A DNA stretch of 64,000 nucleotides, taken from the NCBI RefSeq assembly GCF_036321535.1, contig NC_087436.1, positions 91,018,001 to 91,082,000 of the forward strand, in the 5' to 3' direction. Below are positions 38,665 to 51,820 of this stretch, piece after piece. The notes under the pieces are model-generated. The model made no database searches. It worked only from the letters and a program-made list of their open reading frames with translations, and was not told the DNA's origin. The position numbers were made by a program, and so were the translations under genes. This DNA comes from Camelus dromedarius (lineage: Eukaryota). Positions within the stretch are counted from its first letter, which is position 1. The number at the start of each line of letters is the position of its first letter.

Positions 38665-39363
38665 TTGACACAATTAAGTTTTTCACCATGTCTCAGCTAG
38701 GTTCTATCCTCTCTCTTCTTTTTAAACCATCTACCTTACAGACTTCAGTTTAACTTATCTAACTGCAAAGTATATTAATTAGTTCAGGTCCCAATAGTAA
38801 ATGATGGGCATTTTCAAAATAAGATTCATTCAAGGAAGCTTTATTCCCAAAGAGACAATTTCCACAGGTTTGTGTGTAGGACAACTACAACAGATGGTGT
38901 GATAATCTGACCAAGCTGTTAGCACTTCTAGGTCCCATGGGCTGAGGTGAGGGAGTGGCTACTAAAATACAGAAAAACTCAGTGGGTAGAGCTGGCTGAT
39001 TTGAAAAAAAAAAAAAAAAAAAACAGAGATCTTTGATTAATCAAGGTCATCCCAGAACAAAGGATGTTCAGACCACACCAGATAAATAGCATGTCCTTAC
39101 TCCCACCCTCCCTCTAATCTTTCCCTGGGGGCCCTGTTTGCCAAACTCAGCTAGAAATCAGGAGACATGAGAAACCTTTAATGTAGTCGGCACCAGTTTG
39201 TCTCCCGGACTGGGCACAGAGCTGAGACAGGTGGGGAATGCCCCTGGAAGGGTAGTAGAAGAATCCAGCATACAGATCTTATAACCTAGCTCCATTGCTT
39301 ATAAATATTTAGACTGCCCCATCTCCTAGTAGGAAAAATTTCTGTTCTTTAAAATGAAACACA

Positions 39364-39466
39364 TTTGACACAACATTGTAGAGTGACTATTACTCAATAA
39401 AAAAAGTTAAAAACAAACAAACAAACAAACAAATAAATAAATAAATAAAATAAAATAAAATAAAAT
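39364..39466 (+). mobile_element. Extremely 5'-truncated young L1 3' end with patterned A-tail
   Basis: 'tgacacaacattgtagagtgactattactcaataaaaaaagttaaaa' followed by (AAAC)n(AAAT)n(AAAAT)n. Perfect TSD aaaatgaaacaca at 39351-39363 and 39467-39479. Confidence 0.9.
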
Positions 39467-41639
39467 AAAATGAAACACAAAATATTTTATTGCCCCATTG
39501 CCTCTTCATCTGGCAGTCTCTGCCCGGCTTATTGTGCTAGAAATGCGAGTTGCTTGTGGTTCCATGTTAAGCGCCTGGTATTCTTCACCTCTATGTCTTT
39601 GTTCAGGCTTTTCTTTCTAGAGGAAATGCTCTCTTCCTCTTTCCAACGCCTCCCAAGAAACAGCTTAGTCACGTACCTGATTAACATCCCTCTCCCTATT
39701 ATTTTTGTTACAAACATCCTGACTCGGCTAGTTGCTGCCTTTCAGTATTGTCTGAATCTCTCTCTCATTGTTCTTACCTCGTTCTTTCATCATTATCTAT
39801 TTATGTGGTTGACCCCCACACAGACTGTGAATTCCTTGAATAAAGAAACATCTTATACATGTCTGTTTTCCCAGGGCTAAGCCCAGTGCCCATTTGTTGA
39901 AAGAAAAATGAATTAGTAATTTCTCCCCGTCTCTTCTCTCTTGCTATGCATGTGCTAATAGTCAAAGGAATCACTTTCAGATTTCTAACAAATGGTGTGC
40001 ATCTCAGTACCTCTCAGTGGGGCTGCAGCCAGCATTAATATTGAAGTGGTAAGTAATGGACAATTTTGTTTCCTCTGTAATGGAAATTGATGGAAGGAAG
40101 ATTCACTGAGGATAATTAGATTGATTTTAGTTTTACCATTTTAATATCCAGACAGTTCTTGAAAGTGATTGTTGTAATTACAGAAAGACAAGCTGATACA
40201 GAAAGCCATTCTTTATTTTTCTCTATCCAATCTAGACTCACTGTGCTGGTGAAAAGACTGTCTTAATTCTTTTTCTACTCCTCAATCTCTGCATACCTTC
40301 CTTAAAAGAGCTGTATTTTCACTTTAAATTAACATCTTATCAGTGTAGATTGAAACATGGCAGATTGAGGCCATAGTAAGGGCATTCAGAATCCATCAAC
40401 GTATAAAGTGATTTTCATTTAACATCTATAGGGTGTATACCTTGACTATAATATGACATACTAGGAAGTATGAGGCATTCCAGAAACGTACAATAAGTTG
40501 CCTTTGTAAAAAGGTAGGTGGATATTAGAGAGGAGATGGCTGTTCACAAATGCTGCTTTTTCTGGGAAGTATTTATACTAAGCCGGCTCTCATGCCTCCG
40601 GATGTCTCTCCTCCCTTCTGAACTCTCTGCCCTGGGGAGCAGGTGCTGTGCTGACTGTCTTGTAGCCATGCTTAATTTGGAGCAGATAACTGCACGTGCC
40701 TCAGAATGGTTTCAGAATATAGGGGGATATTTACCAGCCATTTGTGATATTTAGAATGGGTAGAGCCTCTCATTCACTGTAATGTCTTCAGTCAAATAAA
40801 GTTTCAAGGGAATAAATGCTGGCATCAACCACAATCAATTATTTTTTATGATGACAGTGTTCTAGGTGCTATTTAAAATTTTAGTTCGAAACAGAAAACT
40901 CTCATTCACCTGTCTTTTTTCTTTGCTGTGGTGCAAAGCAGTAAAAATATGGTTTATGAAGGAATCCATCTCTCATTTATATTGGGTAACAAAACAAATA
41001 GGAGGAGAAAAACAGGAAGTTCACTTAGAAATAAAATTACTTCTGTGAATAGAAACGAGAATAAGAAATCACAATGGCAGGCACGGTGATATCCCTGAAG
41101 ACAGAATTTGTATTCTCTGTTGTTCCTGGCACATGCTTTGCATATTGTTAGTGCTTAGTAACTTTGTGTGGAATTGAACTTAATTAATTCAAACCATATA
41201 TTTCTATGGTTCAAAAATTGTTCATGAGAAAGTCTCAGGAAGGAACATATGGACTAAGGCATTGCTGTATGATGACATATATGCAAATATATTACCAAAA
41301 TCACATGACACCTCATTAAAAGCTAATTCTGTTTGGGTTTTAGTGAATCAAAAAGGAAAAAAAAAATACCACGTTTGCCACACAAAAAACATTTTACTCT
41401 ACATCAAAGGGTTTTGTAGTCTGATTGCTTTGCCAGTGGAAGTAATTGAATGCACCACAGTGCCTTTTCCTTGCTGATATGCTATAGAAGTTCCTTCACA
41501 TGGTTTTGTTATAATTAGTGAAGGAATAAAATAAGTAATGCAAAATTTAGAAATAATCTTAGCTTTTAAGTAGGTAAAGTATGACTGTTAGAAGATGGAC
41601 AATGGAGTTAAAATAATGTAATTGTAAATGTAATGTAAT

Positions 41640-41845
41640 GTCATTACCCCAACTCTGCCACTTACTAGCTGTGTGATCTGGGCACAAATTATTTATCCTC
41701 TTCTGCCTTAATTTTCTCATCTGACTATGCACATAGTAACACCATCCCTATTAGAGCTATATAAGGATCAAATGAAATCATGTATAAAGTTCTTTGCATG
41801 CTCCCTGACAGACAAGTACTGAATAACTATAGGTAGTATTATTAA
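41640..41845 (+). mobile_element. MIR SINE
   Basis: Core 'ctctgccacttactagctgtgtgatctgggcacaaattatttatcctcttctgccttaattttctcatctg'. Confidence 0.8.
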
Positions 41846-44800
41846 TACATGATAGAAAATTAACTTGTAGATAGGCAATAATTTAAATGGATTATTGAAA
41901 GCTTTCCAATGACAAAAAGTGAGAATATAACCTAAGATGAAGGTTGGCTATTTTGACATTTCTAAAGACCTTGAAAAGTAAAAATGGAATAATGTGTTTA
42001 AAAAGAGAATATGTCAAGGAAAAGGAAAAGGAAAGAGCCCTAGTCAGGGCCCATCTTGGAACAGAAGAGGGACTGCTGTGTCCCAGAGTAATGTCTTCTT
42101 TCTTTGGCCACCTTGTGTCCACACATCACTTCCTTCGGTAAGCCTCTTCTCCTCTCTAGGTTAGATTTAGTCCCTCATACGTGTGTTGCTTTCCATGTAT
42201 CATAAATACTTGAAGTTCAAGTTATCCAATCAATGACTCTCTTATCCTTTTGAGTTCTGAATCAAATGAGAATTATATAAAAGACTATGGCAGATGGAGG
42301 CAAATTTACCACCACTACTGGTGAAGTGAGTATTGGGGAATGTGGTTTACAGTTACCGTTCAGTGAACTTTCTAACCTGAACTTCAGAATCGGGGCTGTC
42401 TGTGCAATCACTGGCAGTGATGGATCCTTGGAAACAGGCCTCTCTCGCTCCACTGCAGAGGGGAGCACATGCTCTTTTCAGGTGTGTGAGCAAGGGAGGA
42501 GGAGTAAAGAGATGGGGAGCCATGCATGCCCAATTTTCTTAACCAAAATTCACCTTTTAGAAAATGCACTCCTCCCTGGGAGGCGAATGTGTGATGACAC
42601 AGAGAAAATCCAGGAAGTTATGCTCTGGAGCGCCCTCCACGTAGAAGGAAATATTGCGAATAGGAATGTAAGTCCCCACCCTTCTTAACAATAACAGCCA
42701 TCACATTTTACTGTAATTATTTAGTGAGTTTCCTATTAGGATGTAAGTTTTGTTAAGGGAAAGTATCAGTTTAATGGGTTGATGAATCTATCACCAACAC
42801 CAAGTACAGCGAATGACTTATGTTAGGTGCTCAATAGATATCGAGAAATGACGAAAGGGATGAATAAGCAAATCTGTTCTCTTGGCTGCTGTATTTCTGC
42901 TGTGTATTATGTACATCAGACTGTTATAAACCACATCATTAACTATTTAATGTTTTATGATTGTGCCTCTACTTGTGCAAGAAACTATTATAAACATTTT
43001 ACATAAATCAACTCATTCAGCTCCCATAGCAATCTTAGAGGTAGCTATTATCATGATTGCTATTTTTCAGATGTGTGAACTAGACAAAAAGTGGTTAATT
43101 TTCCAAGGTCACAAGGTGCTAATTACAGAGCTAATTATTCTGGTTCAATACACACCGAAACCTGGTTACCATTTGGATCCCACATTTTAGAGAAAGAATG
43201 AGTGGGTCATAGGACAGGATGTCTATTCACCTTGTTTTTAATTATAAATTAATGCTTTGATGTCACTCTGCAGAAGACTTCCTTGGTGGAAATTTGTCCC
43301 CAAGACTCAATATCCTTTTTTATGAGTTGTCAAGGCCAAGTTTCTGGGCCAGTTATTTTAAATAAGAACTTTATTGTGCTATTTTGCCAAGTTGATGTCA
43401 GTCTGTGGGGCTTCTAGGTGTCCAACTGGCTGGCTTTTCTCTGGTAACATAGCTATTGCTTTCCAATTCCCTAGGAAACATCAAATTCACTGAATATTTT
43501 AACTCAGATGCCTACAGTTCTGTCCTCTCTACTAGACTGCTACATTTGTTACAAGCAGGAGCTGGATCTGATTCATCTCTGTTTCATCAGTCCCTTATGC
43601 TGAACTCAAGACAGAGAAGTTGATAAATTTCTGTTTGAGTATATGAGGCATCTATATTCTCTCCTCTGAAATGGCTCTTCGGCGTTTAGGAATAGTCTCC
43701 AGAGTTGGAAGGAAGGTTAGTTTGGGGAAAACCACTGATTTGACAGGAATGTGTGTACCTTTGACTCTTTACCCTAACAAATGGACCAGTTACCACATAG
43801 ATAATTTAAAAGCCATATTTGACCTGACAGTTCATTAATCAAATAACTGATTTTGAGCATTTGTTATGTGCTGAAAGTTTGCTGTAGAGGGACTGAACAT
43901 GCTTGCAGTGTGGACAAATAAGTGGAGAAAAATACCTTACAGTTTATAATCAAGGGCTGAGAGCTGGGTAGAGACCATAAACGCAGTGGGGTCACTTGGT
44001 TAAAATACTTGACATAAGTTCTTTAGGAGTTAAGATCACTTGGTTAAAGAAATCGTAGAATTATGTAGGTTAAAGAAATATGAATTCCAAGATAGTTGGA
44101 AAGCAGGAAGAAGAGCAAAAAAGCAGTAAAGAGGATAGTGCATATAGAGGGGCTGTTTCAAGATAAAGTATCGCATACGTCACACATAGGCAGTCAGACT
44201 CGGCCAAGTGTGCTCACAGCTGATGGTATTTATTACCATGTTCATTTATGTGATTTTCTTCTATTCACATCATTTGGAGGGAAAAATACCCTTTAACTTA
44301 CTTTTTTATACTATTTAGAAATATAAAGCGTTCTTTAAACTGAGAATACAAAAGAATTTTTTTGGCATATGGGTGGGAATTATAGCATAAACAGAACATT
44401 TATGAATTCAGAAAGCTGTCATAGGTATGAATTTTGACCTGGGCACTTAACTGTGTAACCTTGGCTAAGCTGATTACCCTCTCTGAGCTTCTGCTTCCCC
44501 ATCTGTTAAATAAGGAAAAATTCTGATAGTCAGGCATAATTATAAAGATTAAATGATACAAAGATGATCAAAAGTCCACTATTGCACTGGCTGTCACAGG
44601 GCTGCCACTTAATGACTAGTGGCTACTTACTATTCTGTTGTTTGATAGCCAGTAGCAGGTTGCATTCTGTTGCTTGACATGTCTTAGGGAGGGGGGTGCT
44701 AATTCACACGACTTCACCTCTCTACTCTCCCTAAGGGTCTGCCATACTTTCCCCACACTTGGGCTATTGAGGATGCTTGATCTTTCTTCATATGAACCAA

Positions 44801-45486
44801 AGGTACTTTTTCCAATTCCAAAATATGAAACATATAAGTAAACAGTATTCTACCATGACTTACCAAACCATATCTTTCTTTGAGCCTTTAAGTCATAAAA
44901 AAAGAATAACAACTGTAGCAAACATTACTTGGAATCGTAAATCATACAGCATTCTTATCCTATATAGCAAGGAATTCTTTAGGATAAAAATAAGTTCTTT
45001 TAAAAGATTTGGATTCAAGTGTTGCTACTTACTGCTGTTGAACTCCGGAGGAGGGTCTTTCTAAACTTAAAAATTGTAAGAATATCAAAGATTAAAAAAA
45101 ATTCTTGGGCGTCTCAATAAATCAGAACCAAGGTGTTTAATTCCTTTCACTGTACCATATCTTTAAACAAGAGCACCACAGAAATAAATTATGTACATAA
45201 AATACAATATATGTTCAAATGGGCACATTACTTGCTTTCCACTGGAAAAATATTGGTGAATTATATCACAACTGAAAGATATCATTTTAGGTTATCATTA
45301 TTTTCACAGTGCCCCAAAAGGGCCACCTGTGGTAAGAGAGAATCAACATATTTCCTTTAGCTCTTTGCTGGTATTTTAATGGAGTGTAAACTGGGGAGAT
45401 CTAAGTTTAAAATGTAATATATATATATATTTTTGGTAATTTTTAAAAAAAGATTGGAAAAGGGCATGTGCTTCCTGTTTATATAT

Positions 45487-45861
45487 TTTATGGACTGAAT
45501 TGTGTTCCCTCAAATTCACATATTGAAGCCCTAGGCCTCAGTGTGACTGTATTTGGAGATAGGGTTGTTAAGGAGGTGATTCAAGTTAAATGAGATCATA
45601 AGGGTGGAGCCCTAATCAGATAGGATTGGTGACCTTACAAGAAGAGGAAGAGACTCCAGAGATCTCTTTGTCTCTCTTTGCATGCGCACACAAAGGAAAG
45701 GCCATGTGGAGACACAATAAGGATGAGGGCCTCACAGGAAACCAACCCTACTAGCACCTTGATCTTGGACTTTTAGCCTCCAGCTGTGAGAAAAGAAATT
45801 TCTATTGTTTAAGCCATCCAGTCTCTGATATATTTTTATGGCAGCTTTAGCAGACTAATAT
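45487..45861 (+). mobile_element. MLT1A/B-like (MaLR) solo LTR
   Basis: Starts 'tatggactgaattgtgttccctcaaattcacatattgaagccc'; contains 'accttgatcttggacttttagcctccagctgtgagaaa'; ends 'atggcagctttagcagactaata'. Confidence 0.9.
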
Positions 45862-47750
45862 ATTTAGATATCTATGTCTTAAAGCATCTCTCAGTATAAT
45901 TTAGTTGTTATATATAATGAATATCAAATTCTGTATTTGTAATGTCTACTCTCACAGTGTATTCTAAAATAATGCACATTTTTATTCCACAAAGTCTCAA
46001 ATATCTCCCTCCTGCTAAAAGCTAAAAATAATATTTGTGAAGAAAAGTGTACAGAATTTGATATGCCACAAGAGTTAATATGCTTTATTAATCATTCATG
46101 GAATTACTTCATTACAACTGTGAATCCATCTAATAATGAATTAGATGACTATTATCATAATTGCCATATAGCACAATGTTATGTTGATGTTAAAATTTTC
46201 TAGAGCCAGTACATGACTGAAACATAGTGGCTGTCTTCCTAATGGTACATGATTATAATTATAATAATTTCAACTTGACACAACATTATCTTTTCACAAA
46301 TTCATTGCAGAGTGTTTATATTATCTTCTTTACCGGAGTTTAGGTAATACATCCCAATGCATTACAAGGACCAATTTGCTTTTGAGAGTTTTATCTTTGT
46401 CTTTTTGAAGGTAAATAGACTGGCAGCCTTCCTAGCAATGTCTAAAAGACAAATGTCAACCATTCTAAGAAGATTTTCCTCATGTTTCCTCAGGATGTGC
46501 TTTGTCTGAATACAAATAAGACTGCTGCCCTTTTACAGAACAGCACTGTAGTCAATGACGGGTAGTGGGCAGGAATTTGGATAATCAAATAAAAATTTTC
46601 CTTTAGCCTTAGAATTATGTCATAAGCATAACCGGGTCCCCAGTCAGACTCTGCACACTTAGGTCTTCTGTTTCCAAACCCAAAGCCTTCCGAGGTTCCC
46701 TCATTTCTAAATAGTCTAGGATCCATTGGGCTGGGGCCTTCTGGAGTGAGAAATCCACAGACAAACGCCATGTCCACCCTTCATTCTGTTTCTCTGGATT
46801 TCACTCTCACTGCTGTAGTGCCTCTGGCTCCTTCACGCGCTTATGTCAAAACACCAAAAGAACACATAAATTCCCAAAGGAAAATTCACATTATTTCAGG
46901 TATTTCTAAGGCATAAAATGAAAGCATTATAACACTGCACAAAATTCTGCCTAACTCTCAGAATGTCAGTAATTTGTGGTGTTTCATTCAGGGCAGCTCA
47001 ATAACATGTCAGAAGCTGAAAATAAAGGAGGACCTGCTGTCCTTTGGATAACCCCATGCCGTCTTCGAGGGTTTCTCCGTTAGTTCTCTTCTCTGTTGAG
47101 GATTTAACTCCTGTCTCCTCTTCAGGACCTGACAGCTGATTCCCTGGCCCTCTAAAAGAGCATGTGGGCACACGGATTAAGGAAAAGAGCTATTACAAGG
47201 CCATTCTGTAGGAACAGGGAACCAGGTAGTGGCTGAAGTTTGGTTTAAACCTGCTTCCAGAGAAGAGGTATGAATAAAACATTACTGCATACTGGTTCAA
47301 GATGGCAAAAGAAGATTTTTATGAAATGACAACAACCGGTTCTTAAGCGTTGGTCCTATGGGGTTCCGGGGAGTTTATGGGTCCTCTGAGGGTTTATAGA
47401 GAACTCCTTGAAACTCTAGGTCCTAAAGATAGGGGTGAAAGATTCGGCCCAACTTCCCCCCTCCCTAACACAGAACCCAAATTCAGCCTGACTTTTTCAG
47501 AGTCTCCCCTCTGCATTGGTACTCTCTGACAAGAGGGTAGACTTGGGTCTTGCTTACATGGTTCCACTTTTAGCTTTTTATCAAGGGTGGACAACAGGTA
47601 ATGTGAAATAAAAGATGCTGTGTATTGACAATCCCAAAAGAAAGCAAGTAAAAAAAAAAAAGGAGGCAAAAGAAAGTGTGGAGTCTAACCACATGTCCAC
47701 CCTCCAACCCATTCTTTCCAACCTCGAGAAAAGGAACAAATACTTTAGAA

Positions 47751-48071
47751 TAGGGATTGAAAAATTTTGTCTGTAAAGGACCAGAGGGTAAATATCTTAG
47801 GATTTCTAAGCCCTATGCTCTCTATCACAGCTACTCTGCCATTGTTGTGCCAAAGCAGTCATTAGTAATAAATGAGCATGGCTGTGTTCCAAGAAAAACC
47901 TTTATTTTGGACACTGAAATTTGAATTTCATATAATTTACACAGGCACAGAATATTAATCTTCTTTTGGCTTTATTCAACCATCACAAATTATTAAATTT
48001 TTAGCTTGCAGGCAGTACAAAAATAAGTAGCAGGTGGGATCTGGTTCAAAAACACAGAGTGCTGACCCCTA
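47751..48071. mobile_element. MER58B-like hAT-Charlie MITE
   Basis: 'tctgtaaaggaccagagggtaaatatcttagg', 'atgagcatggctgtgttccaa', 'gacactgaaatttgaatttcatataattt'; degenerate TIRs tagggattga / gctgacccct. Confidence 0.75.
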
Positions 48072-50799
48072 TTTATTGGCTCATTCAATATACAGTTAGA
48101 ATGGCTTCCAATCACCCACTTCTCTTGGATATGAAGGTCTGGGTAAATGGGTATTGCTTTTAGCTAAATGAAGGCCTGCCTTGCTTTTGTGTGAGCAGAG
48201 AAGAAAGTATTAGGCGGCCCTTAGAAGCCAGCATGTGAGGTCTCTGCTCGCTGATTCCATCATTTTTGAACTTGTTTACCTATACTGCATCATTGTAGAA
48301 ACCAGAAAAGGAATCCTCTCTGAGAAGGTAGGAAAGAAAAAGGCACCATCTCTGGATAAATAAAATAAAAAGGAGACTTCTCTAGACTCATAAAAATAGA
48401 AAAGGACTCTGAGTGATCCACTGTGCACCTTGTGCACCTTGTGCACCTTCTTCTTGTGGGTGCCCGTTACATGTGGGTGACAATGTTTGACAAGCAAAGA
48501 AAGGCAAAATCTCAGTTCCCCTTTGCCCTGTTCCACCAGGCTCAGGAGCGCTCCACAGTGCTCCCACCAACTGACAATGTTATGTCAACCTGATTTGTTC
48601 AATGTTTTTAGAGAAGAACATAATTTTATTGCCTGGAGTGAAAGCACCTGCCTGCCAAGTTTTGGGGGAGCTTTGGGATAGGCAAGGGGGTGGAGGGGGT
48701 CTACTGTTGCATAAAAAGACTTTCAGATCAAGCCTGTTTCTAATAAAGTATAACTCACTCCAAGCCTCCATTGAAACTGTGGTGTCTGAATTTTTCCATG
48801 GAAGACAGTACCTTCCCTGCTGGAGACTCTTCCTTACGTTACCCCGTCAAGCTTTATGAGTATCTGATAATAGTAGCTCCAGTACTGCTCTTCTTTCCCA
48901 TCAATCTGTTTAGGTCTCTTACTGATGGGCAGCTTCCCTCATTTCTACTTTCATTGTTTGTAGGAAGTTAACCCATGGGTTGGTTTGTCATCTAGCAAAT
49001 TAGAAAAAAATTAGATCTTTGTTAAGAGCAATGTAAAAGAAAGTTTAGGAAGGGGCAATAGTACCAAACACTCAAAAACTAAATATGACCAGAGGGAACA
49101 TTAATGCTGATTAATGGAATTCTTACAATGCCTAATTTTTACGTAAAGATCAGAGTCAATTTCGCTTATCCAGCAGAACCAGAATCATCTAAATTCTCAC
49201 CTTAATTAACAGGGCTCCTTGAAAGAAGCCAAGAAGAATGAATTGTAATTAAATGCTAATTTTGCATAGTTAAAATTACTGCAAATTGCATGCAAATTGT
49301 AAAACATAATCAGTAAAGGATCTTTCTCTGTGAAATTCTTAGTGCCATTATCTGAGTTTATGATATATTTGGGGCACATAGTCAGGACGTTGGGCAGAGA
49401 GCAGCCTGTTATTTCAGGAACTTGGAGTTCACTGCTGTCAGGACCAGTAGTAGCCTTGATTGATAAAAGCTTGAACTAAACAGTAGCTGTGGGAAAAAGG
49501 AAAAGGAAGTAGATATGAGAATATTTAGAGGTAAAATTAATAACCTTTGCTGGTCAGATGGACAAAAACAAAGTCTTCTCTAAAAGAAGACTCATGAAAT
49601 GCAGGTTCTGTAAATGGACTAAGTCTCTTTAATTAAAAAAAATTTAAAGTAGTAAGTACTATCAGACAGACTTGAGCCTAGTGTGTTACCAAAATTCTGT
49701 ATTTAAAAATCTTCACAGGAGATCTCTGCAAAGTCCATGTTGATGTAGCTGATTTTAGTCATTACGTAGCTCTTCTAGAAAAGTCTTCATTTAACCAAAT
49801 ATAGGTCTCCCTTGCTATCTGTTTCCTGTTTTCCTCCGAGGTGATGAAATGAGTACCAAGTACTATTTTCGGAGAAATGATCGAGTGTCAGTTATTCTCC
49901 ATTTGTATTTCCAGGTCAGCACCGGGTGCTCTCACCCTGCTCTGGGTTCTGACTTCAAATGTATCAAATAAACGCCCTTGCTCTCTGTTCAGCCAGTGGA
50001 GACACCAGCAGGGGATTGGTGGATGGGAAAGAATGAGGCTGGAGGATGTATTTTCCCCACCCATTCATCTGGCTGTGGTTTGGCCGTGGCTGTGTTCCTC
50101 CACCCAGAGCCACAGCTCCTGTTTGTCAGACTCTTTCCCACCATTACAGCTCCTGTCACCGGCAGTGACGGCAACATCTCTTTGCTGCTCCAGATTACAG
50201 ACGGCAAGGGCTTCTGGCTTATTGGAGTGTCTAATGCTTCTCCTTCTCTAGCGCCTTTAACCCTCCCCCCAGTTCTGCAAATAGTCCCTCATTAAACTGT
50301 CTCAGTTATCACTTTTATGTGTCCTGCAAGGATCCTGCCTAATAAAATGATTCATATTCTTGAAGCATTATTAAGTCACCATTTTTTTCCCCTTAAGGTA
50401 AATCTAAAGGTAATGGTTTCTGTTTTTTGAAATTCACTCTTAGCTCTTTTGGTGGGGAGGGGGATTACTCCATTTTTTCCCCCAGAAAAATCCCTCCTCC
50501 CTTCACCCCTCCCCTCAGTGACGGCTTGTGGACCAAGTATAGTCACATTTAAGCTCCTGCAGTGCTTTCTATCTACTCTGTGCTAGCATTTAGCCCTCCT
50601 ATTACAATTAATCATTTATATGCTTTCCTCTTCTCCTTAAAAGTTCCTCTGCCTTATTTATCATTGTGTTCTCAGGCAGGGTCAGGAAAACTGGTACTCA
50701 GTAAATGCTTAGTGAATGCATTAGTATCTGGGGATGAGTTGCCTAAGAGAGAACATAAGGCTGGGGCTCTAATCGTGTTTTAGAATAGTTGGATCGTCT

Positions 50800-51060
50800 C
50801 ATGATAATACAACACAGAGGTTAGGAATACAGTCTCTGGTCAGATTATCTGGTTTGGATCCAGTCTTTAACATTTGCACTAGTGTAAGTGACCTTGAAGA
50901 CCCTTAACTTCTCAGGGCCACAGCTTCTTTACGTCTGAAATGGTGATAATAACTGTTTATTTAATAAAATTGTGCAGATTAAATGAGTTAAAATATGTGA
51001 TGTGTTTAGGACTGTCTGGTACATAATAAGGCTATATAAAAATTTTCGACTCTATTTGCT
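50800..51060 (+). mobile_element. MIR SINE
   Basis: 'gtgaccttgaagacccttaacttctcagggccacagcttctttacgtctgaaatggtgataataac...gattaaatgagttaa'. Confidence 0.7.
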
Positions 51061-51574
51061 GTTTTCACAGATCTAATATAACAAATAGGTGCCAGAAGAG
51101 AGACTTAAAGTATCAAATTTATGGTAAGCAAAGTGGATATTTCAGAACTAATCGCAAACTGGACATAAATACATCGTCAGAATCTTAGTACCTCCATTAA
51201 GAGTTTTTAAAACACATAAAATTGATAATGTGGAATTGTTGGCCAAAAATTTAGTCTATTGTTAGGTTCTGAGAACCTGGCAGAAGACCTTCTCTTTTGC
51301 CTGGGCAGTGATCACAAGCCACAAGTCAACAGTCTTTTAAAATGACTTCTCCAGGCATTTGATCTCAGGTGACAGTGTCTTACATTTATTAGTGGAGTTT
51401 TATGTGATAGTTTTCTTTCCTTGAAGTATTTGGGAAACATCTCACTTCTAGTTTCCTAACTGGAGATGATATTCACTAACTTTCTAGGACTTCTGAAAAA
51501 TTAAAATAGAAATATGGACAAGGATTTTGGATGCTAAAGCCTTCAACTTCAATACTATTCTGACAAACATTTTT

Positions 51575-51820
51575 ATCATTGTAGTTAGAAGTTCTGAAGT
51601 CAGAGTTTTGGAGTTTAAATCTCCTGCATTTACTAGCTATATGACCTTAAGCCAATTACGTAGATTCTCTCTGTTTTAGTTCCTTTAAGTGTGAAATAGG
51701 AATCATAGTGGTGTCTACTTCATAGAGTTGTTATGGGGATTAAGTAAGGTGATCATGTAAAGCTCTTAGAAGAGGGCCTGGCACAAATTAAGTTCTCACA
51801 TTGTTAAATATTATTATTGT
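51575..51820 (+). mobile_element. MIR SINE
   Basis: 'tttactagctatatgaccttaagccaattac...tctacttcatagagttgttatggggattaag...gcctggcaca'. Confidence 0.75.

Noticed and set aside
42287..42688. 133-aa ATG-initiated + strand ORF (MADGGKF...)
   Set aside because: No recognisable homology and no promoter or poly(A) context; the length is within chance range for 64 kb.
46490..46777. 95-aa minus-strand ORF (MDMAFVCG...)
   Set aside because: No recognisable domain and no supporting splice signals.
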